Assembly: GCA_963514005.1 (NCBI GenBank)
Contig: OY740805.1
Span: 23,994,001 to 24,058,000, forward strand
From: Raja brachyura
Lineage: Eukaryota
Reading direction: 5' to 3'
Length of the DNA stretch: 64,000 bases
Positions 13,666 through 26,569 of the stretch are shown here, piece by piece. A program made the translations under genes and the position numbers. The notes under the pieces are model-generated. The model saw only the letters and a program-made list of their open reading frames with translations, searched no databases and was not told the origin of the DNA. The stretch's first letter is position 1; the number at the start of each line of letters is the position of its first letter.

Positions 13666-15724
13666 GTTCAAATACATAGCTTTGCTAAAACAGTGTTTCC
13701 CTCATTTCCTCATCTGTCCACTAAGAGCCAATTAGACACTATTCTGGAGTTGGACCCCTTTGACAAGAAACGTGTTTCAGCAATTTACACATTAATACAG
13801 GAATTAAAACAGATAACCTGGGCCAAAACTAAAGTGGCATGGAAGAGGGACCTGGGTGTAGAGCTTTCTGATGAGGCGTGGCAGAGAGCTTAATTCGTAT
13901 ACGCACCTCTTCGCTGTGTATACGCCATGGTTGATCCAATTTAAAGTCCTTCACCGTCTTCATTATTCAAGAGACAAACTTGCCAGAATCTTTTCCACCA
14001 CAGATCTTGGCTGCCCTAGATGTAGCCATAGACCAGCCTCTGTAGGACACATGATTTGGACATGTCCCTCTCTCAACAGCTGCTGGCGAAACATATATAA
14101 CATATAACAATTACAGCACGGAAACAGGCCCTCTCGGCCCTTCCAGTCCGTGCCGAACATTTATTTTCCCCTAGTCCCATCTACCTGCACTCAGACCATA
14201 CCCCTCCATTCCCTTCCCGACCATATACCTATCCACTTTACTTTTAAATGTTAAAATCGAAATTGCCTCCACCACTTCTGCTGGAAGCTCATTCCACACA
14301 GCCACCACTCTCTGAGTAAAGAAGTTCCCCCTCATGTTACCCCTAAACTTCTGTCCCTTAATTCTCATGTCATGCCCTCTTGTTTGAATCTTCCCTACCC
14401 TCAATGGGAAAAGCTTATCCACGTCAACTCTGTCCATCCTTTTCATCATTTTAAAGACCTCAATCAAGTCCCCCCTTAACCTTCTGCGCTCCAAAGAATA
14501 AAGACCTAACTTATTCAATCTTTCTCTGTAACTTAGTTGCTGGAACCCAGGCAACATTCGAGTAAATCTCCTCTGTACTCTCTCTATTTTGTTGACATCC
14601 TTCCTATAATTAGGCGACCAAAATTGTACACCATACTCCAGAATTGGTCTCACCAATGCCTTGTACAATTTTAACATTACTTCCCTACTCCTATATTTAA
14701 TGCTCTGATTTATAAAGGCCAGCACACCAAAAGCTTTCTTTACCACCCTATCTACATGCGATTCCACCTTCAGGGAACTATGCACAGTTATTCCTAGATC
14801 CCTCTGTTCCACAGCATTCCTCAATTCCCTACCATTCACCATGTACGTCCTATTTTGATTTGTCCTGCCAAGATGTAGCACCTTACACTTATCAGCATTA
14901 AACTCCATCTGCCATCTTTCAGCCCACTCTTCCAAATGGCCCTAATCTCTCTGTAGCCTTTGAAAATCTACTTCATTATCCACAACACCACCTATCTTAG
15001 TATCATCTGCATACTTACTTATCCAATTTTCCACCCCATCATCCAGATCATTGATGTACATGACAAACAACAGTGGATCCAACACAGATCCCTGAGGCAC
15101 CCCACTGGTCACCGGCTTCCAACCTGACAAACAGCCATCCACCATTACTCTCTGGCATTTGAGGTATTCTCCCATATCTGCAGACAGACTATAATTCCTG
15201 ACTTGCACACAGCTATCCTTGGAATACCACTCCCAAACAGTAAGCTTACAAATTTACAAGGAAATGCTTTAGCATTTACATCATTGCTTGCTCGCAGTCT
15301 TATTCTTTTCAACTGGAAGTCAAAAAAAGCTCCATCTTTTTTGCAGTGGTTAAAGGAAGTGCTCTCCTTTTGACCCTTGGAAAAGATCAGATATAAACGG
15401 TGCAAGGCCCGCAGAAACTTCACTCTGACCTGGAACCCTTTTATAGATTTTTTAACCGATTTTTCCTTTAACTGAAAATATTGTCTACACAGTCATAATC
15501 ATTTATTTATATGTGTATGTTGCTGTTGTTAACACGTAACATTAGAACACAAAGACTCTGCCTTTTTAAAACAATTTTTTTTTTTTTTTCTCTTTCTCTT
15601 TTTTGAGCCTTGGGGATGGGGAGGGGGGTATATAAGTTTTGTACTGTTCTGTACTGTTTGTTGGTGTTCTGTGTAAATTTGTGTTTATAACTTGAAAACC
15701 AAAAGTAAAGTTATTTGAAAAAAA
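13666..15724 (+). mobile_element. L1-clade LINE 3' fragment (ORF2 zinc-knuckle region, 3'UTR, A tail), interrupted by a CR1
   Basis: KVAWKRDLGVELSDEAW...LIQFKVLHRLHYS...CPRC...GHMIWTCPSL. It resumes near 15160 and has a T-rich/G-rich UTR ending in an A run. Confidence 0.8.
14097..15160 (-). mobile_element. CR1 (HER1-like) LINE 3' fragment, young subfamily
   Basis: SGVPQGSVL...YINDLD...YADDTK...[19 protein letters not shown]...TRGH...FFTQRVV. Confidence 0.92.
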
Positions 15725-15897
15725 GTAATCAGAGAGACAAAGGGACTTGAGAGTGCTGGTGCAGGATTCCTGAAAGATTAATTCCCAGGTTGAATTGGTG
15801 TTAGGAAAGGCAAATTCATTTCAAGGGAATTAGAATATAAAAGTAAGGAGCAAATGCTGAGGCGTTACCAGACGCTGGTGAGGTTACATTAGGAATA

Positions 15898-16312
15898 CTT
15901 CTCCGTGGATTGTCACCTTGTCGTGGTGGAGAAGCTTGTGTAGACCTGAGATCCTGAGAGCGATGCTGTCTGGAACTATGCTCCTGGTAGGGCCACCCAT
16001 GGCGGTAAGGTCGAGGGGGGAGGACTCGGACAGAGAGCGATCCAACAGAGACCTCAACGGTGGAACAGGCGGAGGACGATGGCTGACCTTAGTGGAGCAT
16101 CACAACGGCTGGGAAGGCGGATGAAGGCTGCAGCAGAAAAGGGTGTCTGGTCGTCTTGGACTCCATGTCACTGGATCCTGACCCAGATCTGTCAAGGACC
16201 ATGGGGTGTCCGTCTGTGCACCAGTCTGCCCACGTTAAACAAACTCACGCACAGGCGTCCTCCACGAGAGGACAGTCATACTTGTTTCGAGTGACGGCCA
16301 ATGATGATGATG
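15898..16312 (+). mobile_element. Short non-autonomous RTE (Rex3/Expander-like) element: 5'UTR joined to 3' tail
   Basis: 12-bp TSD acattaggaata (15886-15897 and 16313-16324); RTE-type 5'UTR caccttgtcgtggtggag...cctggtagggccacccatggc; (atg)n tail; no RT coding sequence. Confidence 0.7.
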
Positions 16313-19300
16313 ACATTAGGAATAATGTGAGCAGCCATATCAGAGGAAGGATGTGCTGGTGTTAGAGAGAGAACAGTGGACGTTTACGAGAATGATCCCG
16401 GGAATGTTTGGGTTATGTTATGTGGAGCATTTGATGGCTCTGGGCCTGTACTCGCTAGAGTTTGGAAGGAAAGGGGATATCTTGTTGAAAACTATCATAT
16501 AATGAAACGCCTGGATTGTGTGGATGTGGAGAGGATGTTTCCAGTAACATCCAGATCCAGAGTACGCAGCCTCGGAATAAAATAAAGTGCCTTCAGGAGG
16601 AATTTCTGTAGCCGGCGGATGGTGAATCTGAGGAATTAATTATGATAGATGGCTGAGGAGGCTGTTATTGGGTATTTTCAAAGGGCATGAAAGGTTACAG
16701 GGAGACGGGAGTAGAATAGGATTGAGAGCAAAAGATCAGCCATAATGGAGGAGAATTGCAGAAAAGACTTGATGAGCTGAATGGCCTAATTCTGCTCCTA
16801 TAGCCTATGGTGTTATGGTCAAAATAGTTTACACCTTCCCAAGCAGCACAGGCAAAACTTCGGTAAAGGATGTTGGTTCAATTTCAGTTCGGGTGTAGAC
16901 ACAAGGAACTGCAGATGTTGGAATCCCGAGCAAAGACAAAGTGCTGGAGGAACTCGGTGATTCAGGCAGCAACTGTGGAAGGAATGGACGGACAACGTTT
17001 CGAGTCAGGATCCTTCTTCAGCTTGATAGGAGTAGGGGGAAAAAAGCTGGAAAAGAGAGATGGGCTAGAACAAAGCATGGAAAGTGATGGGTGGATACAA
17101 GTGAGGGGGAGATGGGTGGAGCAAGTGACAAAGGCTAGAGGTGAAAAGTAGAAGACAAGTTGTCAGATAACAGAAGAAGGATTTGGAGTTTAGCTTGGAA
17201 ACGCGCCCTTCGGCCCAACAAGTCCACTCCAACCACTGATCACCAGTTCACACAAGTTCTATCTTATCCCACTAGGGGTAATTGACCCACAAACTCACCT
17301 GTTCAAGAAGGAACTGCAGATGCTGGAAAGTCGAAGGTAGACAAACGTGCTGGAGAAACACAGCGGGTGCGGCAGCATCTATGGAGCGAAGGAAATAACG
17401 GGCCGGAAACGTTGCCTATTTCCTTCGCTCCATAGATGCTGCAGCACCCGCTGACCTTCTCCAGCACGTTTGTCTACCTCCAAGCTCACCTGTCATTGGA
17501 ATGTGGGAGGAAACCAGGGCACTGAGGGAAATCCCACATGGTCAGAGAGAGAACGTGCAAACTCTGCACAGTCAGCACCCAAAATCAGGATCAAACCTGT
17601 GTCTCTGACACAATGAGGCAATGGCTCGACCAGAATCGCCACTGAGGTGCTCTAAAAGGAGAAGTGAAATGTGAAGCTGGAGGGAGGGATGCAGGTGGAA
17701 GGGGACAGAGGGAAGGGGAACGGGGGGTGGGGTGGGGGGGGGGGGAGGGGACGGGGGTTGGTGGGGGCTGGGGGGGGGAATAATAAGGAAACTATGGAGG
17801 AGAGGAAAGGGTCGGCATGACTGGAGATTGTCCAGGTGCAAGCTGTCCAGCTTGTGGAAGGCACACTTGCCCCAGAAGTGGCCCCTTTAGTATAAAAACC
17901 TACAACTGCCTTTCCCATACTACTCGCCACACATTCATCAGACCTGCCATCCCATTGCCCTTCTTGTGCCCCGTGGAAGGTGGCTCCAGATACTGAAGGG
18001 TCCCGACCCAAAATGTCACCTACCCACGTTCTCCAGCGACAATTTCTTCCCAGGAGTTATCAGACATTTGGGCAGAACGGTGGCGTCATGGTAGAGTTAA
18101 TGCCTTACAGCGCCAGAGACTCAGATTCAATCCCGACCACGGATGCTGGCTGTACATAGTTTCTACATTCTTCCCGTCACCCGCATGGACTTTCTCCGAG
18201 ATCTCTGGGCAAAGAAATAATGTCAAAGTTTGTAGGTTAATTGGCTTGGTATAAGTTTAAATTGTCCCGAATGTGTGTAGGATTGTGTGAATATGCGGAG
18301 ATCGTTGGTCAGTGCAGACTCGGTGAATGAATACTTTATAGTCACATGTGAAAAGTCACAGTGATATTCTTTACTTGAATACACAAAGTATACAAATAGT
18401 TGCCAATAAAGGGCATTTACAAATTTGCGGTGGGCCTTTTATTCCTCGCTGCACCTCTAAACGAAACTATATTGAACCGTGATCTCATAAATTAAAGAGC
18501 AGTCCTAAGCCACTATCAATTTGATTGGAAACCCTCAGATTATCTTTAATTGGACTTTACTGGACTTCATCTTGCACTCAACATTATTCCCCTATCCTGT
18601 ACCTGTGCACTGTGGATGGGTCCATTGTAATCCAGTACCGTCTTTCCACTGACTCGATAGCATGCAACAAAAAGCTTTGCACTGTACCTCAGTACACATG
18701 ATTATAAACTAAACTAACTGGCCTGCTATATTACTCCAGAATGTTGTGTCGTTCCTGGGTACACCAGCATCTGGTAAACAAATGCTCTCTTCAACTTCTA
18801 CAGGTTTACAGTAGAGAGCGTATTGACTGGTTGCAACACGTCCTGGTTTGACAACTCAAATGCCCAGGAATGAACACGACTGCAATAAGTTGTGGACACT
18901 TGCCCAGTCCATCATGGGTAATGACCTGCCCACCATTGAAGGGATCTATCTGCAGGAGTCACTGCCTCAAAACAGCAGCCAGCATCATCAGAGACCCACA
19001 CCACCCTGGCCACACTCCGATTTCATCTCCTGCCATAGGGAAGAAGGGACAGGAGCCTGAAAACTGTGATGTCCAGATTCAAGAATAAACTTCTTCCCTG
19101 AAACTATCAGGCGATTAAACACTACAAACTGCAAATAAGCTCTGAACTACAGTGTATAGACTTGGGACATTGTTTTTGTCTTTGCACTATAATTGTTTGG
19201 TTTTCGTTTTAACTATCGATGGAGCTGGAGGCCTCCTCGAACTGACTTAAGCCCCACCGCGGGGCGTGGACTTAACATCGGAGTCAATCCCTTGCCCGGG

Positions 19301-19799
19301 ATCGCTATAACCTGTGGTCCGCGGACTTTATCAGCATGAGCTCGCAGTCTCGGGAGAGGCTAGTCGGGAGCTCCAGCGACACAGATGCTCGACCAGTCCC
19401 GACACGGGGTTGAGGAGCTGACATCCCCCCCAATGCGGAGGGCCCAAACGCCGCCGGCTTCGGGAGTCAAGATGGTCCCGTCAACGGAGGGCTCAAGGAG
19501 AGCAAAGAAGGGAAGAGATTTTAACTTTATTTTCTCACCTTCCGTCACTGTGAGGAATGTGGAGGAGTCACTGTGGTGGATGTTTATGTTAAATGTATTT
19601 TATATGTTCTGCTGCTTTTTACTTGTCTGACTGACTTGGAAAATGAAATTCCTCGAGTGTTGCCAAACATATTTGGCTGATAAAGTATTATTGTGATTGT
19701 GATTGTGATTTTTGTTGTTTATTCTGTTGTTAAGCAGAGCGCTATATTTACACATCTGTTGTGCAGCTGCAAAGAAGAATTTTGACTTGGACTTTCTTA

Positions 19800-20056
19800 A
19801 GGGCCTGTCCCACTTTCACGAGGTAATTCACGAATTCTCCAGAGTTTTCGCCTGATTCACACTCGCAGAATGTTCGTAACGAGCCCATAGGAGGTCGAAG
19901 GAGTTCGTAGATATATCGTAGCGGCTCGTTATGCCAGCCGTAGGTACTCGTGGCATCAGGTAAGTCGGGAAGCTTTTTCCAGTCCGATAAAAAATATGAA
20001 CGTGCAAAAAAATGGTCGGGATGAAAGAATTAAGTCGTGAAAGTGGGACCGGCCCT
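19800..20056. mobile_element. PIF/Harbinger-type MITE
   Basis: TIR agggcctgtcccactttcacga / tcgtgaaagtgggaccggccct; TTA/TTA TSD. Confidence 0.8.
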
Positions 20057-20244
20057 TTAGACTTCGATTTCGAGACACAGCACGGAAACATTATTTTAAT
20101 TGTACCATTTAAGGACATATGACAATAAAACACTCCTAACTCTTGGTCTGTAGTTCCTTGCTTCCAACAGAGAATACTACCCTGCTTTTTTAATCTGTGA
20201 CCCAGCTATTCATGTGGCATGACCCTCACCTCTCTTCACAGATT

Positions 20245-21063
20245 TCATAGAATCATAGAAAATAGGTGCAGGAGTAGACCATTCGGCCCTTCGAGCCTGC
20301 ACTGCCATTCAATATGATCATGGCTGATCATCCAACTCAGTATCCCGTACCTGCCTTCTCTCGATACCCCCTGATCCCTTTAGCCACAAGGGCCACATCT
20401 AACTCCCTCCTAAATATAGCCAGTGAACTGGCCTCAACCACCTTCTGTGGCAGAGAATTCCACAGATTCACCACACTCTGTGTGAAAAATGATTTTCTCC
20501 TCTCGGTCCTAAAAAATGTCCCCCTTATCCTTAAACTGTGACCCCTTGTTCTGGAGTTCCCCAACATCGGGCACAATCTTCCAGCATCTAGCCTGTCCAA
20601 ACCCTTAAGAATTTGTAAGTCTCTATGAGATCCCCCCTCAATCTTCTAAATTCCAGCGAGTACAAGCTGAGTCTATCCAGTCTTTCTTCATATGGAAGTC
20701 CTGACATCCCAGGAATCAGTCTGGCGAACCTTCTCTGTACTCCCTCTATGGCAAGAATGTCTTTCCCCAGATTAGGAGACCAAAACTGTACACAATACTC
20801 CAGGTGTGGCCTCACCAAGACCCTGTACAACTGGAGTAGTACCACCCTGCTCTTGTACTCAAATCCTTTTGCTATGAAGAAGGGTGTCGACCCGAAACGT
20901 CGCCTATCTCCTTCGCTCCTTAGATGCTGCTGCACCCGCTGAGTTTCTCCAGCTTTTTGTGTCACCCTTTTGCTATGAATGCCAACATACCATTCGCTCT
21001 CTTCACAGCCTGCTGCACCTGCATGCCTTCTTTCAATGACTGGTGTACCATGACACCCAGGTC
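20245..21063 (-). mobile_element. CR1 LINE 3' fragment containing a Penelope mini-element (20875-20967)
   Basis: [19 protein letters not shown]...[12 protein letters not shown]; (catagaaa)-type tail on the + strand. Confidence 0.9.
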
Positions 21064-22497
21064 TATATTTTGCTATTAACACCAATGTAGACAGTCAACC
21101 ATTGTTTGTCCATCCCTGTCGAATCTTCTGTAACATTCCTGATCCTTGGCAGCTTAAAGGAGACAAGGTCTCCAAATGTTTAAAGAGAGAGGAGAGTGAA
21201 GCAAAAAGCTGCAGCTGCTGGAAATCTGCAACAAAAACAGAAAATACCTGCAATACCAGCAGTCTGTGGAGCAACAGAGGCATCATTTCCGATCAGTGAC
21301 CTCTCAGCAGATGTCACAGGTAGATAGTGTGGTCAGTAAGGCATTCGGCACATTGCCCTTCATCAGTCAGTGTATTGAGTATAGAAGTTAGGATAGACAC
21401 AAATGCTGGAGTAACTCAGCAGGTCAGGCAGCATCTCTGGAGAAAATGCTTAGGACACGTTTTGGGCCTGGAATCTCCTTCAGACTGAATTGGTGGACCG
21501 CAAACGGACGGAAACCAAATTAACCTACAAACCTGCAAGCCTTTTGGGTGTGGGAGGCAACCGGAGCACCCAGAGGTCGCAGGTCACAGGGAGAACGTAC
21601 AAACTCCGTACAGACAGCATCCGTAGTCAGGATCGAACTCGAGTCTCTGGCACTGTGAGACCGAAACTCTACCGCTGCACCACCGTGCCGCCCAGTTCGG
21701 CACAAGTAATAATCTCATTGCCACACTGCTCGGTAGAAAACTGATAGAATGGACAGATGATAGACACAAAATGCTAGAGTAACTCAGCGGGATATGCAGC
21801 AATTCCCTCTCCATCCGCTCCCCCTTCCCAGTTATCCGACCAGTCTTACTGTCTCCGTCTATATTTTATCTCAGTTTGCTTTGTTACTTTTAAAGTTACT
21901 AAAAGAGCCACATAACCTTCCGCCAACTAACAAGGATCTATTCTACATTCTCCTTGATCTCCATCCCCTTTGTCCCATTTTTACACCTTACACTTTCTTA
22001 TCTATACATTTCCTTATCGCCCTCTCCCCTGGTATTAGTCTGAAGAAGTTTCTCGACCCAAAACGTCAGCCATTCCTTTTCTCCAGAGATGCTGCATGTC
22101 CCACTGAGATAATCCAGCATTTTGTGTCTATCTTCGATTTAAACCAGCACCTGCACTTCCTTCCAACACAGGATGCACCACTGGAGAAGGAACTGAGGGG
22201 GCGCTGCGCTGTTGGACATAAAAACAAGGGGGTGCTGGACATCAAACTGTTGGACAGAGGTAACGAGCAAAGATCGTGGTAACGAGGGAATGCCTCGCTG
22301 CTGGACAGAAAATTGAGGGGGCACTGTACTGTTAGATCGAGGAAACTGGGGGGAGGGGGGATCTCCCTGCACTGGTAGACAGAGAACTTCTTCATCTTCT
22401 TGCGTATGGCGTGTATAGCCTAAAGTTGTAGGACAACTTGTTCTATTTGATCTTACTTGATTGTGCACCCCAATTTGCTGAAACAGGGCGGACCACT

Positions 22498-23355
22498 AGG
22501 GGTGCTGCACTGACAGAAGCCACTGCCTGCAGCCCGTTTGTTTTTCCTCTTTTTTTAATTTTTAGTCCGTTGAAAGTGTGTTCTTTGGGGAAACTTTAAC
22601 TTTTCTATGTGGGGAGGGGGACAGGGTAAAGGGGGAAACTAACTCCCAGTCGCTTCCTGGCGGGGACGCGACTATTTCTCCGAGTTGCATCCTCGCGGCC
22701 TACCTCCTGGATCGGAGCGGCCTTTCCTGCCGGGGACCGGGAACCGGACCAGAGCTGCAACAGCGGCGGCGGCGCTGGAGTCACCACGGAGCGGGCGATA
22801 CCTACCTGGGTCGCCGTTGGAGCTCCGGAGCGTTGGGCCGCTGCTCCAACATTGTGGAGCTCTGGTTGGGAGAGCTTCCAACGCGGGCGGTGCTGACCGT
22901 CATCGTGGAGTCCTGGGGCCCTTTGCCGAGGGCCTCCAGCTTTGCATCTCCACCCGGCGCGCCCTGCGGACTTTGGGAGCCGCAGACTCCGGTAGGAGGG
23001 GGCCGACTCAGGGTCCAGGCCGCTGAGGACGTCCCCCAGCCCCGACGTCGGACTTACATCACCCCGGGGAGCGGGCCTGAACATCGGGCCGCCCGGAGCG
23101 GCGACAGCGGAGGGCTGGGGGAGGCCCCGACCACGGGTGAACATTGGGGAACATCGGGAAGAGACTGACTTTGGTGCCTTCCCTCACGGTGGGAAATTTT
23201 GATCCTGCTGTGAGGGGATGGTTTATGTTGAATTTCTGTCTACTCTGTGTTGTGTTCTTTATTTTTGGCTGTAAGGTGACTTCATTTCACTGTGCCAATT
23301 GGCACATGTGACAAATAAAATCTATCTGTATCTGTATCTATCTGTATCTGTATCT
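22498..23355 (+). mobile_element. GC-rich non-autonomous retroelement with Rex1/L2-like 3' end and (atctgt)n tail
   Basis: Splits the Vingi-like SINE exactly (ggaccac|gtgaagg). Ends catttcactgtgcc...gtgacaaataaa(atctgt)n. A similarly built element lies at about 19210-19710. Confidence 0.55.
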
Positions 23356-23544
23356 GTGAAGGTTGCAATCTCCCACCCCAGACGGAGAACTGAGGGTGTG
23401 CTGCACTGCTTGGCAGAGAACTGAGGGAGCGTTAGAGATAGGCAACTGAGGAAACGCGGCATTGTTGGACAGGAAAATCAGTTAGTGCTGCAGTTTTTTT
23501 AAATTTAATTAACTATTTATAAAAAATGCACACAAAAATACAAT

Positions 23545-24300
23545 GGTAGGGAAAATGTTAGGGAATTAAGGAATGCTGTGGATCAGAGATATCTGGGAAT
23601 AACTGTGCATAGTTCCCTGACGGTGGAATCGCATGTAGATAGGGTGGTAAAGAAAGCTTTTGGTGTGCTGGCCTTTATAAATCAGAGCATTGAATATAGG
23701 AGTGGGGAAGTAATGTTAAAATTGTACAAGGCATTGGTAAGACCAATTCTGGAGTATGGTGTACAATTTTGGTCGCCTAATTATAGGAAGGATGTCAACA
23801 AAATAGAGAGAGTACAGAGGAGATTTACTAGAATGTTGCCTGGGTTCCAGCAACTAAGTTGCAGAGAAAGGTTGAACAAGTTAGGTCTTTATTCTTTGGA
23901 GCGCAGAAGGTTAAGGGGGGACTTGATTGAGGTCTTTAAAATGATGAAAGGGATAGACAGAGTTGACGTGGATAAGCTTTTCCCATTGAGGGTAGGAAAG
24001 ATTCCAACAAGAGGGCATGACATGGGAATTAAGGGACAGAAGTTTAGGGGTAACATGAGGGGGAACTTCTTTACTCAGAGAGTGGTGGCTGTGTGGAATG
24101 ATCTTCCTGCAGAAGTGGTGGAGGCAGGATTGATTTTAACATTTAAAAGTAAAGTGGATAGGTATATGGACGGGAAGGGAATGGAGGGGTATGGTCTGAG
24201 TGCAGGTAGATGGGACTAGGGGAAAATAAATGGTCGGCACGGACTGGAAGGGCCGAGAAGGCCTGTTTCCGTGCTGTAATTGTTATATGGTTTATATGGT
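23545..24300 (+). mobile_element. CR1 (HER1-like) LINE 3' fragment
   Basis: ORF 23578-24219 is nearly identical to ORF 14171-14935 and to the copy at 58250-59222. Confidence 0.92.
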
Positions 24301-24610
24301 TATAATACAAACAAATCCACCAGCATAATACAAAATAAACAAATATTCTTAAGTATCATATAACTATTTCCCATCCTTATTGAGGATACCCTCCACCCCA
24401 CGCGGTGCACAACGGTCCCGGAAATCCCCCGTGGACAGCGCGTCGTCCATTTCCAAAACCACCCGGGCGCAGAAGTAACCAGGGAAAAGGGGCAGGCAGC
24501 CGGCTCTGGCAGAGCCCTCTTCCGCCAGGGGCCGTGACTTGCGGATGGCCAGCGAGCCAATCCAACTAGGACATCTTCGGCCCCACCCTCTCCCCTATGT
24601 GGTCGGGTCT
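24300..24610 (-). mobile_element. Tx1-clade LINE 3' fragment
   Basis: ARAGCLPLFPGY..ARVVLE..ALSTGDFRDR.APRGVEGIL, homologous to 41690-42820. Confidence 0.6.
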
Positions 24611-26569
24611 CTTGTTGGACACTGCGGGAGGGAGGGCTGCGCTGTGCGAGATAGATATGAGGGCGCGCTGCACCGCTGGAGAGAAAACTGGTTCAATATT
24701 TCATCTCTTTTAAAGGTGTGCATCTGTTAATCGCCACACTGTGCAATCGAAGCAAGTGCCACAACTTTCTCCAAGGAAGGCAACTGTTTGGTTCAGGTTA
24801 ATGAAACTCCTCGTCACATTACATGAAGAAACCCAAACATCCGAAGTGTATGCCGTATGCAATGTAAAGTACAGGGAACTACCATATCCAAAAGCGGGCC
24901 AGGGTTATTCGAGCCTGCACCGCTTTTCAATGTGATCATGGTTGATCATCCCCAATCAGTACCCCGTCCCTGCCTTCTCCCCAGTCTGTCTCATCGGCAG
25001 AAGATGCATCCCAATTTGAAAGAAAAGAAAATATTGAACTACATCGGAAGTCAATTCTGGGCTGACAAAGTGGTAAGTACAGTTTAGTTTAGTTTAGTTT
25101 AGAGACATGGCCTGGAAACAGGCCCTTCGGCCCACCGAGTCCGCTCCGAGCAGCGATCCCCGCACACTAGCACTATCCTACACACACAAGGGGCAATTTA
25201 CACATACTCCGAGCCAATTAACCTACACACCTGTACGTCTTTGGAGTGTGGGAGGAAACCGAAGATCTCAGGGAAAGTAGAAACGGGGAGAACGTACAAA
25301 CTCCGTACAGACAGCACCCATAGTCAAGTCAAGAGTTCATTTTCATATGTCCCAGATAGAACAATGAAATTCTTACTTGCTGCAGCACAGCAGAATATGT
25401 AACCATAATAAATAATATAAAAATTCATTAAACAAAAGAACAAACAATAACAGCGCAATAATAAAAATAATAATAATGGTCTCTTTTAGCTCATAGCTTA
25501 AGAGGTTGTCGTGTTTAATAGCCTGATGGCTGTAGGGAAGAAGCTCTTCCTGAACCTGGACATAACAGTTCTCAGGCTCCTGTACCTTCCTCCCGATGGG
25601 AGTGGTGCGATGAGTGTCTGGCCAGGTCTTTGATGATCTTGGCTGCCTTTTTGAGGCAGCGACTACGATAGTTCCCTTCGATGGTGGGGATGGTGATGGC
25701 CTGGGCAGTGTTTACAACTTTTTGTAGTCTTTTCCGCTCCTGGATGTTCAAGTTGCTGAACCAGGCCACGATGCAACCGGTCAGTATGCTCTCTACTGTG
25801 CACCTGTAGAAGTTCAAGAGAATCCTCTTTGACATGCCGAGTCTCCGTAATCTTCTCAGGAAGTTGAAGCGGGATTGAACCCGCGTTTAAGCAACTCTAC
25901 CGCTGCGCCACCATGCTGCCCATGCCCACTCTCTGAAACCCAGCTATCAATTAACATTCTGCCTGTTCTGCAATATTGCTAATCACATATCAATAATCAA
26001 GTTCTGTTCTTGGGGCATTCCCACCAATGTCTGACCGACTGGAGGATGGATGGGTGGTAACACCTCTGTTGGATAGAGGTGGAACTGAGGGAGCGCTGTG
26101 CTGCTGCATTGAGCGAGCGCTGAACGTTGAGACACAGAAATGGAGTGCTGCACCATACGACATGGGTAACAAGGGAACACCTCACTGCTAGACAGAAAAC
26201 TGGGGGAGCGCTGCACTGTTGGATAGTGAACTGAGGAAGTACTGCAATGTTGAGCAGAGGGAACTGAAGGAGCGCTGCATTGTTGGACAGGTGAACTGAG
26301 GGAGGGCTGCACTTGTTGGCAGAGAACCCAGGAGGTGCAACGTTGGGTGAGATTACTAAGGGACCGCTGCACTGGAGGACAGAAGGAACTGGTGAGTTGC
26401 TGCACTGTTGCACAGAAAACGGAGGGTGCTGCACTGTTGGGCAGAGGGCGCCTTGGATAGAGACACTGAGGGAAAGCTGCACTGTTGCACAGCGAACAGA
26501 TGGAATGCTGCATGGTTGGATGGATCAGTGGAAACACAGCTCTGTTGGACTGTGAACTGTGGGAGCAGT

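Noticed and set aside
22578-23168. GC-rich ORFs and a CpG-island-like region
   Set aside because: They lie entirely within an inserted non-autonomous retroelement with a simple-repeat tail.
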